DNA of 57,807 nucleotides from a virus (Duplodnaviria > Caudoviricetes), in IMG/VR virus record IMGVR_UViG_3300043466_004381, positions 1 through 57,807 of that record, one strand, 5' to 3'. Every line of letters begins with the position of its first letter. Within the stretch, counting starts at the first letter, position 1. Shown here piece by piece: positions 38,613 through 47,171 of this stretch. Under the pieces are notes generated by a model, which did not search any database, had not been told where the DNA came from, and was given only the letters and a program-made list of their open reading frames with translations. The translations under genes and the position numbers were made by a program.

Positions 38613-39478
38613 TATTAAATTTTAAAAATCTTAGATTAGAGCCCGATTACGCTCCTTACCCGCCATATCACAAAGGAGACTATCTAGAAGAGTATTTTTA
38701 TAATTTTTATAAATCTCAAAAACAAGACTTTGATAAAATAGGCTATACACTTATACCTATTTTTTGGACAAATATATACTTAAGAAATATACCATCAAAT
38801 ATTATTCAAAGCTACATCGATCACCTTCCAAACAATACTAAGTATTTTACAGTAAGTCAGTTTGATGATGGTATTAAGGAAGATCTACCACCTAATACTA
38901 TTAATTTTGTCGCGGGAGGTAATATGGATGGAATACCTATACCTTTAATTTGCTCGCCTATACCGCAACAGTTATTAACAGAAACAGATAAAGATATTTT
39001 TTGCTCCTTTGTAGGTACTTATGTAAACAGTGAGCAATATAAGGTTCGGTTTGACCTATATAATAATTTTTCTGATAATAGTAATTACTATTTTTCTAAA
39101 CCACGTCACTGGGACCGAAGAATTGCAGAAGATAAGTTTCAAGAATTTATTAATATAACAAAACGTTCTATCTTTACACTTTGCCCACGCGGCTATGGGA
39201 AACAAAGCTTTAGATTATATGAAGCTATACAACTAAATAGTATACCGGTATTTGTATATGATGATGAATTTTTACCCTTTAAAGAAAAAATAAATTGGTC
39301 GTCCTTTTGTGTTCTTGTAAGCGTAAAAGATATTCCGAATCTTGACATAATTCTTAATAGTATTAGTACTGTTAAGCAACAAGAAATGCTCATTAAAGGT
39401 AAGGAGATTTACAACGAATACTTCACTATGGAAGGAATGTCAGTAGCTATACTTAATAGCTTAAAAGATTTCAAATAA
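38609..39478 (+). CDS. Exostosin-like (GT47) glycosyltransferase
   Basis: FCSFVG, SIFTLCPRGYG..SFRLYEA....IPV, LPF...INW. Confidence 0.85.
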   Translation: MILNFKNLRLEPDYAPYPPYHKGDYLEEYFYNFYKSQKQDFDKIGYTLIPIFWTNIYLRNIPSNIIQSYIDHLPNNTKYFTVSQFDDGIKEDLPPNTINFVAGGNMDGIPIPLICSPIPQQLLTETDKDIFCSFVGTYVNSEQYKVRFDLYNNFSDNSNYYFSKPRHWDRRIAEDKFQEFINITKRSIFTLCPRGYGKQSFRLYEAIQLNSIPVFVYDDEFLPFKEKINWSSFCVLVSVKDIPNLDIILNSISTVKQQEMLIKGKEIYNEYFTMEGMSVAILNSLKDFK

Positions 39479-39483
39479 TAATT

Positions 39484-40338
39484 ATGAATATTGTAAATTT
39501 TGTAGATAGTAGCTTTTTTTTAAATGAGCAATTTAAATCTAATGAGCCTTTTGCATGCGGTAAAATCGGCAATTGTGAATTAATGTGTATTTATAATTAC
39601 TATAGTTACAAGTCAAAATCTTTACCGGTAGTATGGTCACCTGTTGTGGAAAAAGAAATATATGAAAATGCAGGTGTTTTTCCTCAAGATGAGAAATCAA
39701 GAATAGAATTTATAGAAGAAATATCCAAAAGCTTACCGCATATAAATTCATTAGCTTCTTGGTCGTCCTTTAATAGAGATTTTGAGTATAATATTATAAA
39801 AAGCTATAATCCTAAAAGTGTACTAATTGATTTGCAAAGCTTAGAGCCTTTTTATTCTGGCTCTCCCTGGACAGAACATTTACATGGTAAACGCGTATTA
39901 GTTATTTCACCGTTTACAGAAACAATTAAAACACAATATAACAGGCGCAGTGAAATCTGGACCGATAAGCGTCTTCTTCCTGATTTTACATTATTAACTA
40001 TTAAACATCAACACTCTCCAGGTATAGACATACAGAGTAAATATTCTAGTTGGCTAGAAATGATATCCGATATTAAGGTTCAAATGGATAATATTAATTA
40101 CGATGTTCTATTAATAGGTGCAGGTGCATCATCTTTACCATTAATAGCACATGCAAAACAAAAAGGTAAGAAAGGTATACATCTCGGAGGACCTTTACAG
40201 CTTTTATTTGGTATAAAAGGTGAAAGATGGGATAAATCTAATATTGGTAAATTTTTCTATAATGATTCGTGGGTACACCCTTCTAATGAAGAGACTCCCG
40301 CTCTTTATAAAAATATCGAAGGTGGTTGTTATTGGTAA
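39484..40338 (+). CDS. Putative GT-D-like glycan-modifying protein
   Basis: GKIGNCE, LEPF...PW...L.GKRVLVISPF, DVLLIGAGA..LPL, IHLGG..QLLFGI. Confidence 0.6.
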   Translation: MNIVNFVDSSFFLNEQFKSNEPFACGKIGNCELMCIYNYYSYKSKSLPVVWSPVVEKEIYENAGVFPQDEKSRIEFIEEISKSLPHINSLASWSSFNRDFEYNIIKSYNPKSVLIDLQSLEPFYSGSPWTEHLHGKRVLVISPFTETIKTQYNRRSEIWTDKRLLPDFTLLTIKHQHSPGIDIQSKYSSWLEMISDIKVQMDNINYDVLLIGAGASSLPLIAHAKQKGKKGIHLGGPLQLLFGIKGERWDKSNIGKFFYNDSWVHPSNEETPALYKNIEGGCYW

Positions 40339-40378
40339 TTAACAGTTGAGTTACTTATAACACACTATAAATTATATT

Positions 40379-41176
40379 ATGAGTGTTGTTGTAAACCATA
40401 TTTCTGGAGCTAGACACGGTAATCAGTTATGTCAATATGTTATTGGTAGGATTATATCTGAAAAATTAAAATTTAAGTTGTTCGGTATAGATCAGAATCA
40501 TAGAGAGTTTGCCTTAAATGGATTTGATTTAAATTATAATCAACCAGATTATGCCGCTTATAATACACCTATACAAAAAATCGGCACTAGCAGTACTTAC
40601 CACTATTCTGAAACGCTTGAATGGGCACACCCCGATTTTGATTTAGATGCTATCTGTAATGACACTACACCGAGAAAAATTTTACTCGAAGGCTTCTTTC
40701 AAAGAAAGAAGTATTTCTTACCTTTTAAGGAACAAATTAAAGAATGGTATAATTTTATTAATTATGACATACCTTCTAATCATGCCGCTATACATATACG
40801 GTTAGGTGATTTGAGAGAATCTAATCATCCAGATCTTCTCCCTATTGAGTATTATCAACAAGCATTAGATATGCTCGACTTTAATAAACTTACTATCTGT
40901 ACAGACACACCTACAGATAGTGAATATATTTTACCTCTTATTAAAAAATATAATGCCGAAATATTTACAGGGGATGAAAGAGAGACGATTTGTTTTCTTG
41001 CCTCTCATAATAATCTAGTACTAAGTGCTGGTTCATTTAGCTTCTGGGCGAGCTTATTTAGTAGCGGTAAAAATATTATAAATGCAATACCAACAAAGGG
41101 TAACAATCGAATCGATCCCTATAACGGTGTTGATTTACTGATTCAGAGTCCAAATCACAAGTATATAAAATTATAA
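40379..41176 (+). CDS. GT11 alpha-1,2-fucosyltransferase-like
   Basis: GNQLCQY, GFFQ, IHIRLGD, YYQQA, SFSFWA. Confidence 0.88.
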   Translation: MSVVVNHISGARHGNQLCQYVIGRIISEKLKFKLFGIDQNHREFALNGFDLNYNQPDYAAYNTPIQKIGTSSTYHYSETLEWAHPDFDLDAICNDTTPRKILLEGFFQRKKYFLPFKEQIKEWYNFINYDIPSNHAAIHIRLGDLRESNHPDLLPIEYYQQALDMLDFNKLTICTDTPTDSEYILPLIKKYNAEIFTGDERETICFLASHNNLVLSAGSFSFWASLFSSGKNIINAIPTKGNNRIDPYNGVDLLIQSPNHKYIKL

Positions 41177-41191
41177 TGAAAAAGAACTTTT

Positions 41192-41962
41192 ATGAAAACT
41201 AACTGGCCATCTTTTAATGAAGCGATGAGATTTAACCGTAACTACAATCTTTATAAAACAGATTTGGATAAGTGGCTTTTTTTACAAAAAAAATATGAAG
41301 AAATTTTAAATAGACCACAACAAGAGCAAAAAATACCTAAGATTTTACATCAAATATGGCTCGGAAGCCATATGCCCGAAAGAGAAATAGAGTATTGTAG
41401 AAAGGTTAAAAATTCTCTACCAGTTGATTGGGAGTATAAACTATGGAGAGACAGTGATGTAAATCAACTAACCAACTTTACCCAACAAGAACTTTTTAAC
41501 GCTACACCTAATTTAGGACAGAAGTCAGATATATTACGTCTACATATTTTGTGTGAATATGGTGGTATATATTGTGATACAGACTTTATTTTACACAAAC
41601 CATTTAACGATCTTTTAGATTTAGATTTTTTTGCAGGTATTATGTATGATAACACACCTAATCTTGCAAACGGATTAATGGGCAGTAGTCCAAAAAATGA
41701 TCTTATTTTAGATATGCAAGTATTTCAAACACCTATTCAGCATAACGATGGTATGGCCATTATTAATACAACAGGGCAAGGCCATATAACTAGTAAGGTT
41801 TTTAAACATAAAAACACTTTCACTAATTTTGTTGCTCTACCTAATACTCTAGTTTACCCTTTTCCTAATTGCCCTACCTGTAGAGAGCTTGGTCCGGATT
41901 ATAATGCTTATATAACCAAAGAAACGTACTGCTGCCATTTATGGCACGGTTCATGGATGTAG
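41192..41962 (+). CDS. GT32 (OCH1-like, DXD) glycosyltransferase
   Basis: IPKILHQIW, SDILR, YGGIYCDTD, HLWHGSW. Confidence 0.9.
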   Translation: MKTNWPSFNEAMRFNRNYNLYKTDLDKWLFLQKKYEEILNRPQQEQKIPKILHQIWLGSHMPEREIEYCRKVKNSLPVDWEYKLWRDSDVNQLTNFTQQELFNATPNLGQKSDILRLHILCEYGGIYCDTDFILHKPFNDLLDLDFFAGIMYDNTPNLANGLMGSSPKNDLILDMQVFQTPIQHNDGMAIINTTGQGHITSKVFKHKNTFTNFVALPNTLVYPFPNCPTCRELGPDYNAYITKETYCCHLWHGSWM

Positions 41963-42001
41963 TAGTTGATATTGTAAGAATAATTTATATAATAGTAGAG
42001 T

Positions 42002-42625
42002 ATGATGATAAACTTAAATCGTGCAATTGAAAAATACAACATGCACATCACTGGTGTGATTCATGTTGGTGGTCATTTTGGAGAAGAATATGATACTTAT
42101 AAGGATATAATTTCAATAGAAAACATTGTCTTCTTCGAACCAGATAGGGATAGCTTCAAAAAATTAGTTCAAAAAACTTGCGAAGATAAAAAAGTGATAT
42201 GTATAAATAAAGCACTTGGCCCATTTTCATGTGAGGCTACACTCCACAGAACACCCAATCAGGACGGTCAATCAAACTCAATTTTGGAGCCGTTTAAACA
42301 TACCCACATATACCCAGGCATTATTTTTACAAATAAAGAAACAGTTAAAGTGGAGCCACTCGATAAATTTCAACCTAATCCAAGTTTGAACTTCCTAAAC
42401 ATGGATGTACAAGGTGCAGAGTTAAATGTTCTACTAGGTGCTTCAAGTACACTAAAAAATATTAAGTACATTCTTACAGAAGTTAATACAGATGAGTTGT
42501 ATAAAAATTGTGCTTTAATTGAAGATTTAGATTATTTTCTAGGTAAGTATAACTTTAAGCGAGTTGAAACAGTTTTAGATAAAGACAGTCAAGCCTGGGG
42601 CGACGCTTTATATATTAAAGACTAA
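42002..42625 (+). CDS. FkbM family methyltransferase
   Basis: HVGGHFGEE, FEP, NMDVQGAEL.VL.G, TEVN, WGDALY. Preceded by TTGATA-N16-TATAAT. Confidence 0.9.
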   Translation: MMINLNRAIEKYNMHITGVIHVGGHFGEEYDTYKDIISIENIVFFEPDRDSFKKLVQKTCEDKKVICINKALGPFSCEATLHRTPNQDGQSNSILEPFKHTHIYPGIIFTNKETVKVEPLDKFQPNPSLNFLNMDVQGAELNVLLGASSTLKNIKYILTEVNTDELYKNCALIEDLDYFLGKYNFKRVETVLDKDSQAWGDALYIKD

Positions 42626-42630
42626 AAATT

Positions 42631-43500
42631 ATGAATAATAGTTCCTTTATATCAGGTGAAAGGTTTCAAGCGTTAGCGGATGTTTCTATTATTCCAGAGG
42701 GTAGCGACCTCGGTGAGAGTAACTGTGGATTTGTATTAGCTCAGCAAAGTAATAACAATTATAATACATTCTATTATAACGAAAATACTTTAACTCTTCC
42801 CGATTATGTTCAGAACGCGCGAGTAATCTTTGTTAATACATATACACTTGACAAATTTTTTGTTAAGATTTTTCCACTATTACAACATAGCTATATTTTT
42901 ATATCGCATAATTCAGATAATGCTTTTACAGAAAAATATACAGAATATTTAAACAATTGTAAAGTCAAAAAATGGTTTAGTCAAAATATCTTAACACATC
43001 ACCCTAAATTATTTTCACTACCTATAGGTATTGCTAACCAACAATACCCTCATGGTAATTTAGAGCTACTTAATCAGATAATTAATACTTCACCTGATAA
43101 GGAACATATTGTATATAAGAACTTTGATATATATACTAATTTCCAAATAAGAAGTCATATAGACTATATAACCTCGCAAAACGGTATAGCTATGGACAGT
43201 AGGGTAGACCAACCGAACTATTTGACAAATATAGCTAAGAGTATTTTTTGTGTAAGTCCTCCTGGCAATGGAGTTGATTGTCACCGCGTGTGGGAATGTC
43301 TATACTTAAAGACGATACCTATAATAAAATATGATAATTGTTATGAACAGTTTAAACACTTACCTATTTTATTTATAGATGACTGGTCTAAAGTAACAAT
43401 AGATTTTCTTAACTCATCTGTAGAGCCTTTTCAACAAAACTTGAAAAATAACCTTGCAGAATTAAATATGTCTTACTGGAAAACAAATATATATGGTTAA
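42631..43500 (+). CDS. Exostosin/GT47-related glycosyltransferase
   Basis: SHNSD, WFSQN, LPIG, SPPGNGVDCHRVWECLYL..IPI. Confidence 0.75.
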   Translation: MNNSSFISGERFQALADVSIIPEGSDLGESNCGFVLAQQSNNNYNTFYYNENTLTLPDYVQNARVIFVNTYTLDKFFVKIFPLLQHSYIFISHNSDNAFTEKYTEYLNNCKVKKWFSQNILTHHPKLFSLPIGIANQQYPHGNLELLNQIINTSPDKEHIVYKNFDIYTNFQIRSHIDYITSQNGIAMDSRVDQPNYLTNIAKSIFCVSPPGNGVDCHRVWECLYLKTIPIIKYDNCYEQFKHLPILFIDDWSKVTIDFLNSSVEPFQQNLKNNLAELNMSYWKTNIYG

Positions 43501-44254
43501 TAATATATGTACAGTTCTTGTAACAAACGATGCTTTTTTTGATCGATTGATACATACTCTTGAGGGTATGCTTTCCTATGAATACATAGGGGATATATGT
43601 GTTGTTATAGGTGATGATTTAAAAGATTCTGATAAACTAAATCATCCACTGTTAGAGTCAAATAATATTATTATAAAATATTTTCCTGATATTATTTTTT
43701 CGGATGATTTTAACGTAAAATTCAACACAATGCCACGGGAAGAACACTGGCGTCGTAAAAAGTTCCAATATCATAAGTTAAATTTGTTTAATACCTTTTT
43801 TAAAAAATGGAATTATATATTTTATCTCGACGCAGGAATGAAAATATATAGCTCTGTAATGCCTATTATTAATGCTTATAAAAAAGGCAAATTTTTAGCG
43901 CATTCTGACGCTTATCCAGATTATAGCTATAACCTCACAACACAGTTTATAAAAGAAGACTTTATATTTTTTGACTTAAATAAAAAATATAATTTTTATA
44001 TCGATTTTCCGCAAACTACTATCATGCTATATGATACGTCTATTATAGATAATAATACATTTAGTGATTTAGTAGGTTTAGCGGAAGAATGTAAAATCTC
44101 AAAAACAAATGATCAAGGTATAATTGCTTTATACTTTACAAATATAAAACCTATATGGGAACAGATACAATTAGAAGATGAAAATACATGGTATTATGAT
44201 TATCTGTTAAGATCTAATAAAACAAACAAACCACATATTATGTTAAAAAGTTAA
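43493..44254 (+). CDS. GT8-like glycosyltransferase
   Basis: YHKLNLF, FYLDAG, NDQGII. Confidence 0.7.
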   Translation: MVNNICTVLVTNDAFFDRLIHTLEGMLSYEYIGDICVVIGDDLKDSDKLNHPLLESNNIIIKYFPDIIFSDDFNVKFNTMPREEHWRRKKFQYHKLNLFNTFFKKWNYIFYLDAGMKIYSSVMPIINAYKKGKFLAHSDAYPDYSYNLTTQFIKEDFIFFDLNKKYNFYIDFPQTTIMLYDTSIIDNNTFSDLVGLAEECKISKTNDQGIIALYFTNIKPIWEQIQLEDENTWYYDYLLRSNKTNKPHIMLKS

Positions 44255-44263
44255 CAAAATATT

Positions 44264-44980
44264 ATGAACACAACAATACCAGTTATAGAAAACAGTACAA
44301 TCGAAGATCTTTATACAAGATATGTAAAGATACACGATACTCCAGAATATCGAAACCAATATGTTCCACTCCCCGTTACAAAAAATAATAAAAAATGGAA
44401 ATGGGAGGGCAAGGATTTTCCGCGAATAATTTCACTTTTAGAATTTGAAAAATATATACAAAAGTATAATTTTAACATAAACGATCTTTTAATTTTCAAC
44501 GGCGAAAACGATCCGGAGTTAGAGTATCTAGAAGGCCGTATAAAAAATATACATCATGGGTTGTATGAACAGGATACATTTAATTACGACCTACATCGTT
44601 TTAATTTGCCCAAAAAGGATTACGATTTTATCTGCTTGCATCAAACGCTTGAGCACGTATATAACCCTTATCAATGCTTAGTTAATATTAAAAAACATCT
44701 CACTCCTGATGGTTATGTTTATATTAACGTACCTGCGTGCAACATACCACACAGCGATCCTTTTCATTATTATACCGGATATACATCTATGGGACTAACC
44801 GCACTAGCACATCAAGCTGGATTTAAGATTTTAGAAATTGGACAGTGGGGTAATACGGAGTACCTAGTTAACTTATTTACAAGACAGCCAGGTTGGAGTG
44901 ATTATACTCAATTATCAAACCCTGGTTTAAATGAGTTTTATAATCCAGTTATTACATGGGGGTTATTTCAAAATCAGTAA
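44264..44980 (+). CDS. Class I SAM-dependent methyltransferase-like
   Basis: YDFI...QTLEHVYNP...L.PDGYVYINVP. Confidence 0.75.
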   Translation: MNTTIPVIENSTIEDLYTRYVKIHDTPEYRNQYVPLPVTKNNKKWKWEGKDFPRIISLLEFEKYIQKYNFNINDLLIFNGENDPELEYLEGRIKNIHHGLYEQDTFNYDLHRFNLPKKDYDFICLHQTLEHVYNPYQCLVNIKKHLTPDGYVYINVPACNIPHSDPFHYYTGYTSMGLTALAHQAGFKILEIGQWGNTEYLVNLFTRQPGWSDYTQLSNPGLNEFYNPVITWGLFQNQ

Positions 44981-44987
44981 TATATAA

Positions 44988-45074
44988 CAATCAATCGGAT
45001 GGTCTCCTAATTACCCACTTAAAAAGGGCCTTGAGACTGTCTACCACTGGATAAAGGATCAAACTAACCTATAA
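44988..45074 (+). pseudogene. C-terminal remnant of an NAD-dependent nucleotide-sugar epimerase/dehydratase
   Basis: Start-less frame QSIGWSPNYPLKKGLETVYHWIKDQTNL* matches the LGWxPxxxLxxGLxxTYxWI C-terminal motif of extended SDRs. Confidence 0.7.
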
Positions 45075-45080
45075 TAATGT

Positions 45081-45662
45081 ATGATTATAGAACAAGCAAT
45101 TTATAACGGTGATTTTATTCATAAGCGCTTTGCGTATAAGTTCTTTAAAAAAGACACTTCGCCTTGCGGTAACATTGTAGCGTTTATTGCGCCAATGTAT
45201 GTTACGGATAATTTAATTGATCTTGAAGACTCTCTCTCAAAAGATTACATTTATAGTGATATAGCTATCAATTTCTGCTGGGAGATTCCTAACTTATGCC
45301 CTATAGGAGCGGTAGCATTTCAACGACTTCTTAACAACAATATCGGCTCAATGATAAGCAATCTTCTCAACAAGCCAGTAGTAGTTGAAGGAGATGATAT
45401 TATAGTTAGAGATAGATTTATTGGTAGCGATGGCGAAGAGCGCAATAGTGGTAAGGCTAGTGTTTCTATAACTTATTCGCAAAACAATATCGCTATCGGT
45501 CATACGGGTATTAATATTAGAGCGGGGAATAGAGCCCCGGGATTTGCTTATTCTACTAATATCGATGGCGTTCGGGCGCGTATACTTATGGAGTCTGTTA
45601 TTGATTTTTTCAATACAGAAATGCAAGATATGTTTACAGCGACGACTAAGGTAATCGTATGA
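45081..45662 (+). CDS. DUF366 family protein (BPL/LplA-like fold)
   Basis: YNG..IH..FAY, IVAF, IDLED...IYSD, QRLL, GDDI, KASVSI, HTGINI. Confidence 0.8.
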   Translation: MIIEQAIYNGDFIHKRFAYKFFKKDTSPCGNIVAFIAPMYVTDNLIDLEDSLSKDYIYSDIAINFCWEIPNLCPIGAVAFQRLLNNNIGSMISNLLNKPVVVEGDDIIVRDRFIGSDGEERNSGKASVSITYSQNNIAIGHTGINIRAGNRAPGFAYSTNIDGVRARILMESVIDFFNTEMQDMFTATTKVIV

Positions 45663-46033
45663 CAATTTTTGAAATAATTAATAATATTTTATTTAATAAA
45701 CAAAATACTACTGAAAATTTAGACGCAGAGAGCCTTCAACAATTTACACCATACATGGTTAATCGCTGGGAGTCTTTTTATAGTAAGTCGCAAGCTATTT
45801 TTGTAAACGAAAATACAAACAAATATAGTAGTCTTTTTGACGATAAAAATGATAATTATAAATTCTTCTGTAATATAACACCAACGCAGAAATTTAAGCG
45901 TATTAATTATATTAAAAAGAAAAAAGAAGACAAAGAAAAACCTACTAATAATGATATGTATGCTAAAACTAGCAATCTCTCTAAAAGAGAGATTGCTTTA
46001 TATATTGACTTAATAGAAAGTAATACTAAATAG
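45659..46033 (+). CDS. gp62: Clamp loader small subunit (gp62-like)
   Basis: FTPYMVNRW.S, YKFF..I..KFKRINYIKK, LSKRE...YI. Confidence 0.65.
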   Translation: MTIFEIINNILFNKQNTTENLDAESLQQFTPYMVNRWESFYSKSQAIFVNENTNKYSSLFDDKNDNYKFFCNITPTQKFKRINYIKKKKEDKEKPTNNDMYAKTSNLSKREIALYIDLIESNTK

Positions 46034-46037
46034 AAAT

Positions 46038-46454
46038 ATGGCGGCTAATATTGATCAAATTGCACCGACGCGTAATCTTATTGATTTAAGCTCGCATTCA
46101 TCAGGAGACTTTGGCCTAGACGATTATATTCTTTCATCAATTCTTGACGACATACTTTTAGTTGAGTTTGTAGATATGTCAGCAGATGGTGAAAGTATTA
46201 CGAGAAACGGGATATATATTCCTTCAAACGCGTTAGCTAAAGCATGGCGAAAAGGTAGAGTACTTTTAGCTGGGCCTAAAGCGCAATATGTAAAAGAGAA
46301 CGATATTGTAATTTTTCCTAATAATCTCGGCGTTACTGTCTCTAACATTCATGTCGAAGGTCATGGTTATATTAACAAAGGTATTTTCTTAAACGAAAAT
46401 AGAATTTTTGGTATATGTAAAGAAAACAATGGTAGTACAACGAACAACACTTGA
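46038..46454 (+). CDS. groES: GroES-like co-chaperonin
   Basis: DILLVE...RNGIYIP...KGRVLLAGP...VKENDIVIFP...LNENRIFG. Preceded by ACTAAATA. Confidence 0.8.
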   Translation: MAANIDQIAPTRNLIDLSSHSSGDFGLDDYILSSILDDILLVEFVDMSADGESITRNGIYIPSNALAKAWRKGRVLLAGPKAQYVKENDIVIFPNNLGVTVSNIHVEGHGYINKGIFLNENRIFGICKENNGSTTNNT

Positions 46455-46806
46455 TAATCTTTTACTCCAAAACGTTTGTGAAATTAGATTTGTAAGACGT
46501 ATACCTATAGTAGGTCGATCAGCTACTCGACGTATGTGGTGTACAAAAAGTTATAATTTATTAAATTCAGTTAATGGTCTTATTTCACTTAATTACAAGC
46601 CACCGACAGGTCCTAAGCGTATTAATGAAGCTATAGAAAATGTAGTTATAGTATGGGATATATTAATGCAGGATTATAGAACAGTAAGTGTCGATCGGTG
46701 TAATCTCTTGCAAACAATCCCAGCAGATGATACTTTTTGGAAATATTTTAATGAAAATCTTTATCCTCTCACCGCAAAACAAAAAATAGAATTTATGGAA
46801 CAATGA
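46429..46806 (+). CDS. SH3/WYL-like beta-barrel protein (DUF2693-like)
   Basis: VCEIRFVRR...TRRMWCT...VWDILMQDYRTV. Confidence 0.65.
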   Translation: MVVQRTTLDNLLLQNVCEIRFVRRIPIVGRSATRRMWCTKSYNLLNSVNGLISLNYKPPTGPKRINEAIENVVIVWDILMQDYRTVSVDRCNLLQTIPADDTFWKYFNENLYPLTAKQKIEFMEQ

Positions 46807-47144
46807 GTTTAGATTATTATAGTGAAATTTTTAAGCAGCTACTTTTACGCAAGGTAGTTATAAAATGTGGTACAAAAATTTATCGTACAGGTAAAATAAA
46901 AAACTTTGATATACGACAATTTTATATTAAACTCTTTATTGAAAATAATAAAAATAATATTAAACTCGTAGAGTTGCCATACCCGTATATAATTACAACA
47001 AATGGTAGCACAACGACTCTGAACTATCACACATCAGCTTTCTGTAATACAACATCAAAACCTTTTGTAAAGATAAATCTTTTTGACAAAAGTAACACAA
47101 GCAAATTCTATAATAATTTAATAGAAATTATTACAGTAGAATAG
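46803..47144 (+). CDS. Hypothetical protein
   Basis: 113-aa ORF overlapping the upstream stop codon. Confidence 0.55.
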   Translation: MSLDYYSEIFKQLLLRKVVIKCGTKIYRTGKIKNFDIRQFYIKLFIENNKNNIKLVELPYPYIITTNGSTTTLNYHTSAFCNTTSKPFVKINLFDKSNTSKFYNNLIEIITVE

Positions 47145-47171
47145 ATCAATAACGATATTACAATACTATTA

